Source: an uncultured Fibrobacteria bacterium (GTDB taxonomy: Bacteria > Fibrobacterota > Fibrobacteria > UBA11236). Taken from it: DNA of 64,000 nt. Both the position numbers and the translations under genes were made by a program. The notes under the pieces were generated by a model. That model made no database searches, had not been told where the DNA came from, and saw only the letters and a program-made list of their open reading frames with translations. This document shows, piece by piece, positions 1 through 10,087 of this stretch. How positions within the stretch are numbered: position 1 is the stretch's first letter; every line of letters starts with the position of its first letter. The stretch spans positions 3,104,001 to 3,168,000 of the forward strand of contig OY970309.1 of NCBI GenBank assembly GCA_963716395.1, given 5' to 3'.

Positions 1-2685
1 CAGCGGCCGCGGGAACGCAGTTGGATTCTGGAAGAGTTGGAGCGGCTGGCACAGCGCTATTCCGGCCGCATCGCTATCGGCGTGATCGAACACTATCTGG
101 GCGAGGCCTGGCTTGAAAGCGGGCAGCCGCTCCACGCCGCATCCGCCTTCGCCCGGGTCGAATCCGGCAGCCGCATGTACGCGGTGAGCCGGCTGGGTAT
201 GTTGCGCGCATTTTTCGCGGCCGGCTTGGATGATTCGGTGGTGACCTATTACCAGGCCCTGTCTGCTCCCGGCGCCTGGCCAGATTCGCTGCGATCGCCG
301 GCGCGTTTCCTGGCGGTGCAAAGCGAATATGCCCTGGGCCGCGACAGCGCCATCGGGCCGGAAGTCTTGTCGGCCAAAGATCGCGGACCTTATTATCACC
401 GCAGCCTGTTGATTTACGCCCAATCCTTGGTGCGCCAGGGCCGCCACGCCGAAGCGCGCCAGGTGCTGGCGGCCCTGTCCGGCCAGGCCCAGGTCGGCGC
501 CGGGCTGCGCGGTGAAGTGGAAATGGATCGGGCGCATTTGGATTACGAAGACGGAGCCTATGAGGGTGCTTTGCGCGGTTACCAAGGCTTGCTTAACGAT
601 TCCACTTTGCGCCCCGAAGCCCTGTACGGCATGGTCTGGTGCAATATCCGCCTGGGCGATTACGACGGGGCCGAATTCGTGTTGAAGCAGCTCATCACCC
701 AGCATCCGGACACGCCCTGGGCCATGGATGGCTTCATGGTCTTCATCCGCAAACTCATGTTGAAAGCCCGCGACGAATGGGCCTATCGTCTGCAGGTCGA
801 AGACGATGCCGGCAAGCTTCGCGAATTGCAGGCCAAACTGGCGGCGCGCCGAGATTCCGGCGCCGGAGATGCGGAGGTGCGCGATTTGCAAAGCCGCGTG
901 CGGCGGGCGCAGGCGGCACTGGCCAAAACCCAGCCGCTGACCCCGGAGCAGGTGGCGGTGTTGTACCAACAGGCATTGAATCTGTGCGACTTCGTCGACG
1001 AACGCTATCGTACCGGCGAGTATTCGCAGGTGGGGTATAGCGACGATCGCGCGGCCGTGCTGGCCAAATTGCGTGTGGCCGAGTCCGGAGCGGCGGATTC
1101 GGATTCGGTGGCAGCCGGATCCGAACTTCGCCGGCGCATGCTGGAAAAGCTTTCGCAAACGCGGCTGCTCGCGCTCAACATCAACTTGTTGCATCAGTCC
1201 TGGCTGGAGGATTTGCTGCGCTATTACGAAACCCATTTGCAGGCCGATCTGGCGGCGGCGCGAAAACACGGCGACACGGCGGCGGTGGTCAAATTGCAGA
1301 ACCAGGCCCAGCATCTGGCCGATCAAATGTCCGAACGCATCGAAGCCAAATCCGATGACATTCTGGATCGCATCACCCAATTGGCGGCCGATCCCGCCGT
1401 GGCGGACCACATGGATTGGCTGCTTTTCCAGCGCGGGTATTTGCGCTACACCGGAGAGGAAGACGCCCTGAAACGGCGCCTGGCGCTCAACCGTATGCTC
1501 GCGGAAGCGGACCCCGATGCCTCCCCCGCGGACCGGCCGCTCGACGCGCAGAGGTACGAAGAGCCTTGGCTGGAATTGCTGCGCCGCTATCCCGGCTCGC
1601 CCTATGTGCCCGCAACCCTGTACTTCCTGGGTTACGCGCGCACCGCGCAGGGAAATGCGGATGCGGGGCTGCTACATTTCGAAGCCTTGGCGGCGCGATT
1701 TCCCCAATCGCCCTATGCTCAGCAGGCGTTGATTTTCATCGGCGAGCATTACTTCAATGACAACGATTTGGCCCGGGCCGAAAAGGCCTATGACCAGGTG
1801 TTGGATCACCCCGATTCGAAATATTTCGATCAGGCTTTGTACAAGTTGGCCTGGACGCGGTACCGGGCCAGCACCTACAAATCGGCCATCAGTTCTTTCA
1901 CCTATCTGCTGCAAGAAGCGCAGGCGCAGCCGAAACAGGGCAAAAGCCTGCTGACGCAGGAATCGCTCCAGTACACGGCTCTGAGCCTGGCCGAAAGCGA
2001 CACCAGCGGCGACGATGGCTTCGAAAAGTCCGAAGAGTTCAGCCGACGTCTCGGGGATCCGCGCATCGGCGCCGAGCTGCTGCATAAAATGGCGAATATC
2101 TATTTGCAGCAGGGGCGACTCGATCGCGCGAAGCGCGCCTTCGAGGCTCTGGTGAAGCGCTATCCCACCTACGATCAATTGCCGGCCGCCGAAATCGAAT
2201 TGGCCCAGGCCTATGACAAAGACCAGGATTTCTCCCAGGGGGCGGAAATTCGGGAGAAGGTGTTCGATCACTACGCGCCGGGAACCGCCTGGTACCAAAA
2301 CCTGAAAACTCCGGAAGCGCGCGCGGCGGCCGATACCTTGTTGGAGCATGCCATGGACGAGGCGGCGCGCCAGAGCCTGTATGCGGCCAAGCAGATGCCG
2401 GACTCCGTCGCCGGGGGCACCGCGCACCGTCAATTTCTGTATCGCAAGGCCATCGCCGATTACGATCGGCTGCTGAAGGCCTATCCCTCGCATCCCCACC
2501 AGGCGCGCTATTTGTATCAGCAGGCCGAAGCCTATTACGCCATGGACGACTTCGCGGCCGCCGCGAAGAAATACGTCGCGGTATCGCAAACGGCCGCGCC
2601 ACCCAAATTGGTGGTGATCAGCGCCTATAACGCCATCGTGGCCGCGCAGGATTTAGTGCGAAAGGCGGAAGGCCATGAGAAATAG
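1..2685 (+). CDS. Large TPR-repeat periplasmic protein (GltC/GltD-like), 5'-truncated by the window
   Basis: Frame is open from base 1 (QRPRERSWILEELERL...). Many TPR motifs (ALYGMVWC, ATLYFLGY, ALYKLAWTRY, YLYQQAEAYY). Stop overlaps the next gene. Confidence 0.8.
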   Translation, partial: QRPRERSWILEELERLAQRYSGRIAIGVIEHYLGEAWLESGQPLHAASAFARVESGSRMYAVSRLGMLRAFFAAGLDDSVVTYYQALSAPGAWPDSLRSPARFLAVQSEYALGRDSAIGPEVLSAKDRGPYYHRSLLIYAQSLVRQGRHAEARQVLAALSGQAQVGAGLRGEVEMDRAHLDYEDGAYEGALRGYQGLLNDSTLRPEALYGMVWCNIRLGDYDGAEFVLKQLITQHPDTPWAMDGFMVFIRKLMLKARDEWAYRLQVEDDAGKLRELQAKLAARRDSGAGDAEVRDLQSRVRRAQAALAKTQPLTPEQVAVLYQQALNLCDFVDERYRTGEYSQVGYSDDRAAVLAKLRVAESGAADSDSVAAGSELRRRMLEKLSQTRLLALNINLLHQSWLEDLLRYYETHLQADLAAARKHGDTAAVVKLQNQAQHLADQMSERIEAKSDDILDRITQLAADPAVADHMDWLLFQRGYLRYTGEEDALKRRLALNRMLAEADPDASPADRPLDAQRYEEPWLELLRRYPGSPYVPATLYFLGYARTAQGNADAGLLHFEALAARFPQSPYAQQALIFIGEHYFNDNDLARAEKAYDQVLDHPDSKYFDQALYKLAWTRYRASTYKSAISSFTYLLQEAQAQPKQGKSLLTQESLQYTALSLAESDTSGDDGFEKSEEFSRRLGDPRIGAELLHKMANIYLQQGRLDRAKRAFEALVKRYPTYDQLPAAEIELAQAYDKDQDFSQGAEIREKVFDHYAPGTAWYQNLKTPEARAAADTLLEHAMDEAARQSLYAAKQMPDSVAGGTAHRQFLYRKAIADYDRLLKAYPSHPHQARYLYQQAEAYYAMDDFAAAAKKYVAVSQTAAPPKLVVISAYNAIVAAQDLVRKAEGHEK

Positions 2686-5617
2686 ATTGGCTGCGGCGCT
2701 GACTGCGGTCTGGCTGGCGGGTTGCGCTGGCGGGCGCAAAGCCGCCCAGCCCTTGCCTGCGGCCGCCGACGATAGCGTGGCATCGCAACGGCTGGTGGCT
2801 CAACGCCGCGATTCGGCCAATACCTTGGAGGCGCATTGGCGCAGCCTCGATTCGGTGCAGGCGCCGGCGGAATTCGCTTCGAAGCTGTACCTGCTGACGC
2901 TCGACAATTTCCTGAAGGTGGCTCCCGACGATCCCCGCGCATCCCAGGTTCGGCTGTGGAAGGCCAACCAACTGTATAACAGCCAGGACTACGCCGCGGC
3001 CGTGCGCGAATACCAGGAAATTTTAAAACGCTATCCCAACTCGCCGGTAACGGCCGAAGCGGACCAGATGATCGCCCAGTCCTACGAACGGCAGGGCGAA
3101 CATGTCCGCGCCGAAGACTGGTATCGGCGCATGCTCAAAGACACCAGCGAAAGCGTGCGCCGCCAGGCCGAAGAACGCATTGCGCAGTCGATTTATCTGC
3201 AGGCCGGTGATTCCGAAAAGGCCGGAGATTTCCCCGCCGCCGCGCGCGTCTATGCCCGCGTGTCTCAGGAGTTTCCCCATGCCGACATCGCGCCCATCGC
3301 CCTCTTCAACGCCGGGGTCATGGCCGAACGCACGCAGAATTGGAAAGGCGCCATCGCCTTTTACAACCGCTTCTTCGATCTCTATTACGACTCCGATGTG
3401 CTGCCGCGCGCCATGTTCCGCGAAGCCAAATGCCGCGAGTTGAACGGCGAATTCAAAGCCGCCGGCGAGAAATACGTCAACTTGGCCAAGACCTATCCGC
3501 GCAGTCCGCAGGCCGAAGCCGCGGCTTACAGCGCCGGCTTCGCCTTTGCCAGTGCCGGGCTCACCGCCGCAGCCGCCCACGCCTTTGAAAACTATGCGAC
3601 CTTGTACCCCGATCAGGCCGAGGCTCCGAATCTGCTGTCGCGCGCCGTCGAGGCTTATGGCGCCCTCAAAGATTGGGATAAGGTGGCGGAATTGGAAAGG
3701 GAATTCGCCCAACGCTACGGCGGCGACAAATCGCGCCTGGTGCAGGCGCTGAGCATGGGGGGCCTCACAGCCGGGCAGCGCGGGCAAAAGGACCAGGCGC
3801 GCGGTTTGTCGCAGAAGGCCCTGGCGGAATTCGCCCAGTTGTCCTCCCCCGACGCCACGGCGCGTTATTACGCCGCCCAGGCGCACCAGACCCTGGGGGA
3901 TCTGGAAGCCGCCCGCATGCGGGATTTGCCCTTGCGGCCTTCGGCGCTGGAGTCCGACTTGAATGCCAAACGCGCGGCTTTGCGCGCCGCGGTGGAGGAA
4001 TATCTCGCGGCCATGGAATTGAAAATCGTCGATGGCGTCATTCAGGCCGGCACCGGCATGGGCGAAGCCTTTCGCACTTATGGCGACGAGGCGTATGCCG
4101 CCTTGCGCCGGCCCGGAGCCGTGCCCGCCGACCGTGCCGCGGCCGAAGCCGCGGCCTTGTCCGAACGCGCTTCGGCTTACAGCCGTGCCGCCGATCAGTA
4201 TCTGCGCGTACTGACGGTGGCGCGGGAGCAAAAGGTGAATAACCGAGCCATCCAAACAGCCCGCACGGCCTTGCGCCGGCTGATGGGGCGAACCCTGGCG
4301 GGATTGAATGATTTGGACAGCGCGTTGGCGGCGGCCTACCCGTTTCGCCAAGGCACGGTGGAAGAAGCGCTGTCGCTGCGCCTGGCGCGCGCGCAAAAAA
4401 CCTATCAAGCTTACCAGGAAAACCTGGAATGGATAGCCGGCGACTTTCCCCCGGCGCGCGTCGAGGCATGGGACAGCGCCACGGCCGACACCGTGGGCGG
4501 GGAAATCCTGGGCCGGGTGCTGGCGCAAGGCCGGATGTTCCAAGCGGTGGTCGACACCGCCGAGGCGGCGCCGATTCCGGCGGGCTATGATTCCGTGCAG
4601 ACTTTCTTCTACTTGGCCAAACTCCAACAGGATCTGTTGCCTTCGGTAGCCGCACGCGCGGCCGACGTATTTACGGCGGGCCTGCGCTTCGCCGATTCCG
4701 CCGGGTTGGCCGGCCAACCCGCAACCCGGGTGTTACGCGCCGCGTTGGGGCGCTCCCTCTTCGCCACCGCGCATGCCTTCGACATGCTGGCCGATCGCGC
4801 CTTGAGCCATCCGCCCATACCCGCGGGACTGCCGGACGCGCAGCGCAAAACTTTTCAAAAAAAGTTCGAACAAATCGGCTATGCTCTGCGGGATAAAGGC
4901 GTAGAGGCGCATCGCGCTTTGGTTTCCAGCGCCGTGCAAGGATTGGCGTCGCCCGCCTGGGCCGCCCGTTCTTTCGCCGCCCTGATGCGCGTCGAACCGG
5001 ATCGATGGACCTCGCCCGGCCGCGATACCGTGCAGACGTTCCAGACCGGGGCGGGATGGAAGGTTTGCCTGAAGTTTACCGTCGCTTCCGACTGTCCCGA
5101 TTCGGCCTGGGGGCCGGTAGTCCCCGCAGCCAAGGGTGACTCGACCGCGTCAAAGCGCAACCCCGGCATCTGGATTCGCGCGCCGGAGGGTCCGAAAAAT
5201 GCTGCTTCGGCCCCAATTCCGATGGTGTTTGCGGCGCCGCTGCCTTGGAGCGAAGATCCCGATTCGGTGCAGATGGAATGCGCCGCCACGGCGCCGGTGC
5301 ATTTTCGCCTGGGCGGCGACAGCTTGCCGCCGTACGCCGCGCCGACGACCGCGGAACGCCAATTCACCTTGTCGCCCCGGGCCGGCAATTTACCGCCCAT
5401 CGAGTTCAAACAAGGCGTACTGCTGGCCCTGACGATGAAGGCCAGGCCGGACACTGCCGCCGTTTTGTTTCGGATGCGCGTTTTCGGACGAGTGGGCGCC
5501 GGGGAAATCGTTTTTCCCTGGAATCACCAGCGGGTATCACAAGCCGCTCTCGACTCGTTGCAAAGTCTGCCATTCCCCGCGCCCAATTTCGAACCGGTGG
5601 ATGCGGAGAAGCACTGA
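2675..5617 (+). CDS. TPR-repeat lipoprotein (GltD/AgmU-like) with beta-rich C-terminal domain
   Basis: Lipobox LAGC at residue 17; tandem BamD/YbgF-type TPRs (ALFNAG, AMFREAKC); overlaps the upstream gene. Confidence 0.8.
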   Translation: MRNRLAAALTAVWLAGCAGGRKAAQPLPAAADDSVASQRLVAQRRDSANTLEAHWRSLDSVQAPAEFASKLYLLTLDNFLKVAPDDPRASQVRLWKANQLYNSQDYAAAVREYQEILKRYPNSPVTAEADQMIAQSYERQGEHVRAEDWYRRMLKDTSESVRRQAEERIAQSIYLQAGDSEKAGDFPAAARVYARVSQEFPHADIAPIALFNAGVMAERTQNWKGAIAFYNRFFDLYYDSDVLPRAMFREAKCRELNGEFKAAGEKYVNLAKTYPRSPQAEAAAYSAGFAFASAGLTAAAAHAFENYATLYPDQAEAPNLLSRAVEAYGALKDWDKVAELEREFAQRYGGDKSRLVQALSMGGLTAGQRGQKDQARGLSQKALAEFAQLSSPDATARYYAAQAHQTLGDLEAARMRDLPLRPSALESDLNAKRAALRAAVEEYLAAMELKIVDGVIQAGTGMGEAFRTYGDEAYAALRRPGAVPADRAAAEAAALSERASAYSRAADQYLRVLTVAREQKVNNRAIQTARTALRRLMGRTLAGLNDLDSALAAAYPFRQGTVEEALSLRLARAQKTYQAYQENLEWIAGDFPPARVEAWDSATADTVGGEILGRVLAQGRMFQAVVDTAEAAPIPAGYDSVQTFFYLAKLQQDLLPSVAARAADVFTAGLRFADSAGLAGQPATRVLRAALGRSLFATAHAFDMLADRALSHPPIPAGLPDAQRKTFQKKFEQIGYALRDKGVEAHRALVSSAVQGLASPAWAARSFAALMRVEPDRWTSPGRDTVQTFQTGAGWKVCLKFTVASDCPDSAWGPVVPAAKGDSTASKRNPGIWIRAPEGPKNAASAPIPMVFAAPLPWSEDPDSVQMECAATAPVHFRLGGDSLPPYAAPTTAERQFTLSPRAGNLPPIEFKQGVLLALTMKARPDTAAVLFRMRVFGRVGAGEIVFPWNHQRVSQAALDSLQSLPFPAPNFEPVDAEKH

Positions 5618-5626
5618 AGGGAAATC

Positions 5627-6007
5627 GTGATGATATCGATAAAATCCGTTGTAATACAATATCTTAGAGTGACTCGATGCTTTCGAACCGGATTGTGGCT
5701 GGCCGCCGCTCTGGCGTTTTCCGCCTGGGGCGGCGAAACCAAATCGCCGCCGGCGGCGGGTGCGCACCATCCGGCCCAGGCCGCGAAAAATGCCGCGAAA
5801 AAGGCAGCGCCGAAAAATGAATTGGTGGTCGGCGATGGCGGATTGGAATTGGGCAAGGCGTTGGTGATCGAAGGCCGGGTGGAAAAACCCCAGGTGCAAT
5901 TTCCCATGCTGCGCGAACCACCGCCGCAACCCCAAATTCATTTCGATCAAAGCTTTCTTCCCGAAATTCTGGAATTGCATCGCCAGAATGTTCCCGACCC
6001 GAAATGA
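5627..6007 (+). CDS. Small exported protein, GltF/CglF-like (probable start GTG 5669)
   Basis: Signal peptide LWLAAALAFSAWG, Ala/Lys/Pro linker, then IEGRVEKPQ...SFLPEI, resembling the CglF/GltF C-terminal pattern. Confidence 0.6.
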   Translation: MMISIKSVVIQYLRVTRCFRTGLWLAAALAFSAWGGETKSPPAAGAHHPAQAAKNAAKKAAPKNELVVGDGGLELGKALVIEGRVEKPQVQFPMLREPPPQPQIHFDQSFLPEILELHRQNVPDPK

Positions 6008-6067
6008 AAATCAAAGGAGGATGTACCTGGTTCGCTCCACCGGGTGATATCCGTTGCGAATAAGCTG

Positions 6068-7720
6068 TTATACCCGGCGCGGGCGCAACAGCGATGGACG
6101 CCACATCTCCGGCGCGGCATACCCCAGCAAATTGACCACGGTGGCCGCCAGATTGGCCAAGCCCGGCTGGGCGATACCCGACAGGTCATAGGCGTCGCGG
6201 TGCTGGTTGTCGTAGAAAACGCAGGGCACGGGATTCAGGGTGTGGCTGGTCTTGGCCTTGAAGCCGCCGGCCTTGGTCCGGGCGGGTTGATCGGTCTTTT
6301 TGTCGATCTCGAACATTTCATCGGCATTCCCGTGATCCGCGGTGACGATGGCCATGCCGCCCAGCGCATCAAGGGCCGGCAACAGTCGCGCCAGACAGAG
6401 GTCCACGACTTCAATCGCCATGGTGGCGGCGCGCAGGCTACCGGTGTGGCCGACCATGTCGCCGTTGGCATAATTCACGCGTGCGGCGCGGTACCGGCCG
6501 GTGCGCAATTCGGCGATCAAGGCATCGGTGATTTCCGCGGCCTTCATCCACGGGCGTTGATCAAAGGAAACGCGATCCGAAGGAATTTCGACATAGGTTT
6601 CCAGTTTCTCGTCGAATTTGCCGCTGCGGTTGCCGTTCCAGAAATAGGTGACATGCCCGTATTTCTGGGTTTCGCTGATGGCCAATTGGGTGACGCCCGA
6701 TTGGGCCAGGGCTTCGCCCATGGTGTGGCGGATTTCGGGCGGCGGCACCAGATAACGCTTGGGAATATGCAGGTCGCCGTCGTATTCGAGCATACCGGCA
6801 TAGCACACCGAGAGGCGGGGCCCGCGATCAAAAGGCGGGAACGATTCTTCTTCAAAGGCGCGGCTGATTTCGATGGCGCGATCGCCGCGAAAGTTGAAGA
6901 ACACCACGCTGTCGCCATCGACGATGGGACCCACCGGTTGACCGTCTTCGGCGACGATGAAGCCGGGCAGGTTTTGATCGCCGATGCCGGGCTGTTCGGC
7001 CCGGAAGGTGCCGATGGCCGCTTCGGCCGAGTCGAATTGCCGGCCCTGGCCGCGAACATGGATGTTCCAGCCGCGTTCCACCATGCCCCAATCGGCTTCA
7101 TAGCGATCCATGGTGATGAACATGCGGCCGCCGCCGCTAGCGATGCGTACGTCGAATTGCGGCGAACGCAATTCGGCGAGAAAGCGTTCGAAGGGTAAGA
7201 CGTAGTCGAGCGCCGAGGTTTCGCCCACGTCGCGGCCGTCGAGCAGAATGTGCACGCGCACGCGGGCCAGGCCCTCTTCGCGGGCGCGGCGGATCAAGGC
7301 CTTCAGGTGTTCGATGTGGGAGTGCACGTTGCCGTCGGAGAACAGGCCCAGAAAGTGCAAGGTCGCATGACGGTCGCGGGCGTTGGCCGTGATTTCCCGC
7401 CACGCATCACGCGCGTACAATGCGCCCGAGGCAATGGCCTGGTTCACCAGCGAAGCGCCCTGATCGACCACCTGTCCCGATCCGATGGCGTTATGCCCGA
7501 CTTCGGAATTGCCCATATCGTCGTCGCTGGGCAGTCCCACGGCTTTGCCGTGCGCGGCCAGCAAGGTATGCGGATATTCGCGCAACAGTTTTTCCAGCAT
7601 GGGCGCGCGCGCTTGTGCCACGGCATTGCCTTCGACGCGCGGCGTGATGCCCACGCCGTCCATGACGACCTCCACGATCGGGCCTTTATATTCGGGTGCC
7701 TGCGGCAAGCGTTTCAACAT
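6068..7720 (-). CDS. gpmI: 2,3-bisphosphoglycerate-independent phosphoglycerate mutase
   Basis: MDGVG, MGNSEVGH, FNFRGDR, SETQKYGHVTYF, NGDMVGH and TADHGN motifs. Confidence 0.97.
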   Translation of the reverse strand: MLKRLPQAPEYKGPIVEVVMDGVGITPRVEGNAVAQARAPMLEKLLREYPHTLLAAHGKAVGLPSDDDMGNSEVGHNAIGSGQVVDQGASLVNQAIASGALYARDAWREITANARDRHATLHFLGLFSDGNVHSHIEHLKALIRRAREEGLARVRVHILLDGRDVGETSALDYVLPFERFLAELRSPQFDVRIASGGGRMFITMDRYEADWGMVERGWNIHVRGQGRQFDSAEAAIGTFRAEQPGIGDQNLPGFIVAEDGQPVGPIVDGDSVVFFNFRGDRAIEISRAFEEESFPPFDRGPRLSVCYAGMLEYDGDLHIPKRYLVPPPEIRHTMGEALAQSGVTQLAISETQKYGHVTYFWNGNRSGKFDEKLETYVEIPSDRVSFDQRPWMKAAEITDALIAELRTGRYRAARVNYANGDMVGHTGSLRAATMAIEVVDLCLARLLPALDALGGMAIVTADHGNADEMFEIDKKTDQPARTKAGGFKAKTSHTLNPVPCVFYDNQHRDAYDLSGIAQPGLANLAATVVNLLGYAAPEMWRPSLLRPRRV

Positions 7721-7748
7721 GAAAAATCTCCTGGCCTTGCGAAAATAA

Positions 7749-9122
7749 TCACTCCGGCCCGTTGGCGGCGGGAGGGGAAAAACGTGACGCGGGTTTTCTT
7801 CCCAGTAACCCGTAGCGATCCGGCAGGAGCACCACCAGCACTTCGAGATTATCGGTGCCGGGAAACAAATCGAACGCCTGCACCTTGGCCACCATGTATC
7901 CGTGCTTGCGCCAGCGATCCACCTCGCGTGGCAATGTGTCCAGATCGCAGAATAAATGCGCCACGCGCCGCGGCCGGCGCGCCGCCAAGAGCGAGATCAA
8001 TCCTGCCGGCGTGCCTTGGCGCGGCGGATCGAGCAGGATGATTTCCGGCGGGTTTCCTGCCGGCGGCAAAAGCCGCGTCAGCCGCGGGGGGTCGATTTTG
8101 GCGGCTTCGAAACGTGTTTGCCGCAAGCCGGCCGCAGCCGCCGACTGGCGGCCGGCCACGCAGGCTTCGGGCGACAATTCCAGGCCCAAGGCTTCGGAAC
8201 ACAGCGCGCCCGCCGGAATCGTGAATAAGCCGCAGCCGCAATACAGGTCGAGCAGCCGATCGGTGTCGCGCGGTTTCAAGGCGCGCAGCACTTCGTCGAT
8301 GAGGCGCGGCAGCAAAGACGGGTTGACTTGAAAAAAACCGGCCGGAGGGAGAAAGTAGCGGCGACCCGCCACGGTGACCGGCAGAAATTCGGGGCCGAAC
8401 AGCCGCTTGAGCTTGAGCGGACGCTGCGCGCCTTCGAGATAAAAAGGCGAGCGCGAAGGGTCGCAGAAAAGATACGCCGACACGACGCGGGCGTCGGTGA
8501 GCGCGCGCAGGTGATCGGCCAGGAGTTTGGCTTTGCGCACCACGTCGGCATTCAGGCGGTGCACGTTGAATAAGACCATCAAGTCGGCATCGCCGCGCAC
8601 GATGAGAAAATTCAGATTGTGCGCCAGCGGCGCGTAGGCGGCTTCGCGCAGCTTTTCCAACGCCTTGGCATACACCGCCACATGCGCGGGCAATTCCAAA
8701 ATCCACGGGTCTCCGGTGATTTCGCCGCCCGGGCGCTCGGGAAAAAAATCCCAATCCCAACGGTTGCGCCGCCAAATCGGTTTTCGTTTCGAAGTCGAGC
8801 GGTAATGGCGTGGCAGAGGAGAAGGAAGAATGCGCGAGGGTTTGTCGGGCAATCCACTGGTTTTCCAGAAGAGGCGCAAGGCTTCGTTCTTGAGTTCCAA
8901 CTCCGCGGGATACTCAAGCGCCGCCAGAGGTGCGGGTTCGGGTTGAAACGACAAACTTTTGGAGGCGGCGATCTCGCGCAAAGTCCGGGAGAAAGTTCCC
9001 GGTCCGGAGGCCGGGAGGTCGGCGGAATTCTCCGCCGCCCGGGAATTTTTTCCTGGAGCGTTTCGGCTACGGAACTTTGCGCCCGGCGCGGGCAAACGTG
9101 TGCGGGTGCGGCCGTTTCTCAC
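7749..9122 (-). CDS. RNA (uracil-5)-methyltransferase, RlmD/TrmA family
   Basis: FFQVN, LDLYCGCGLF, ILLDPPRQG, catalytic Cys in LFCD, FDLFPGTDNLE. Confidence 0.88.
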   Translation of the reverse strand: MRNGRTRTRLPAPGAKFRSRNAPGKNSRAAENSADLPASGPGTFSRTLREIAASKSLSFQPEPAPLAALEYPAELELKNEALRLFWKTSGLPDKPSRILPSPLPRHYRSTSKRKPIWRRNRWDWDFFPERPGGEITGDPWILELPAHVAVYAKALEKLREAAYAPLAHNLNFLIVRGDADLMVLFNVHRLNADVVRKAKLLADHLRALTDARVVSAYLFCDPSRSPFYLEGAQRPLKLKRLFGPEFLPVTVAGRRYFLPPAGFFQVNPSLLPRLIDEVLRALKPRDTDRLLDLYCGCGLFTIPAGALCSEALGLELSPEACVAGRQSAAAAGLRQTRFEAAKIDPPRLTRLLPPAGNPPEIILLDPPRQGTPAGLISLLAARRPRRVAHLFCDLDTLPREVDRWRKHGYMVAKVQAFDLFPGTDNLEVLVVLLPDRYGLLGRKPASRFSPPAANGPE

Positions 9123-9499
9123 GCGGCCAACACTTTATGGATGGCCGTTTGTAAAAAGGCGGTAAAGCCGGGCTGCCGGGTGAGATGCGGGTGCAGCCCA
9201 AAGCGCATCTGGGGAAGACGGGTTCGTTCGGCCTGCACTAAGACCGGAAGGTCTTCGCGGGCATGTTTGCCCTGGAATACCAGCAGGGGAAACACCTCGA
9301 TGCGCACGCAACCGCGGCGGCAGAGTTCATCCACCGCCGGCGACAAAGCCGGTTCGCGGTTCAAATAGGCAGCGGTGAAAACCCAATTCGGTTGCGAGGC
9401 GGCCAGTTGGCGGCAAAGCTCCTGCGCTTCGGATTCGGCTTCGGGATCGCGGCTGCCATGAGCCAGAAGCACGACGCCGACGCGATTTTCCGTTGTCAT
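9119..9499 (-). CDS. CbiX/SirB-type sirohydrochlorin chelatase (short form)
   Basis: LLAHGSRDP, AYLNREP, PLLVFQGKHAREDLP. Confidence 0.88.
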   Translation of the reverse strand: MTTENRVGVVLLAHGSRDPEAESEAQELCRQLAASQPNWVFTAAYLNREPALSPAVDELCRRGCVRIEVFPLLVFQGKHAREDLPVLVQAERTRLPQMRFGLHPHLTRQPGFTAFLQTAIHKVLAA

Positions 9500-9592
9500 A
9501 ACGCAAAGTTAGCTCGAACGACCAGGGTTGCGCCGATGTTTACCGCGATGTACAATTGGGGCGTTAACCCGCTCATTTTGGAGTTTTCATAC

Positions 9593-9910
9593 ATGGCCCA
9601 GGCGCAAATCAAATCTCTGCAACACGAGGGCGAACCCATGATTGAGATTCGCGGGCATTGGGATCAAAGCGCGCTCGATGGGCTGATCAAAGCTTTTCAA
9701 AAGAGCATGGGCAAGGTGGGCGGCAAATTGTTTCTGCGCATGTCCGAACTCGACTATATGGACAGCGCCGCCATGGGCGTCATAATGTTCAACATGCGCG
9801 AATTGGCCCGGCGCAATGCCAAGCTGGTGCTTTTGCAACCGTCTCCGGAAATGCGCGACATTCTGCGTACCGCTTCTTTGGATCGCATTCTCGAAATCCG
9901 CGACGATTGA
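9593..9910 (+). CDS. STAS-domain anti-sigma-factor antagonist
   Basis: LDYMDSAAMG phosphoserine motif, about 105 aa, GGAG RBS upstream. Confidence 0.85.
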   Translation: MAQAQIKSLQHEGEPMIEIRGHWDQSALDGLIKAFQKSMGKVGGKLFLRMSELDYMDSAAMGVIMFNMRELARRNAKLVLLQPSPEMRDILRTASLDRILEIRDD

Positions 9911-10087
9911 TACCCGCCTTCTTATCTACTGGCAGATCAATTCTTTAGTCGGGCGCCGGCGAAGGCGCCCTCCGCGCAAATTCACCGCTTCGGGCGCATT
10001 TGCGGCCTGAAGACGTTATATTCTGCAAACAGGAGGGACATTCCGGCGTTACGGGTAGCGGCGGTGAACCGTAGGCGCGGAGAGACG

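Noticed and set aside
1672-4717. Long antisense and alternative-frame ORFs over real genes (for example 3023-4717, 6044-7198, 13889-15700, 50955-52511)
   Set aside because: Typical stop-poor shadow frames of high-GC coding DNA; no motifs, and fully overlapped by well-supported genes
9514-9539. Sigma28-like GCCGATGT upstream of the STAS gene
   Set aside because: Two mismatches and no acceptable -35; GCCGAT is common in GC-rich DNA
9915-10087. Glycine riboswitch upstream of gcvT
   Set aside because: Conserved aptamer blocks are not present in the required order
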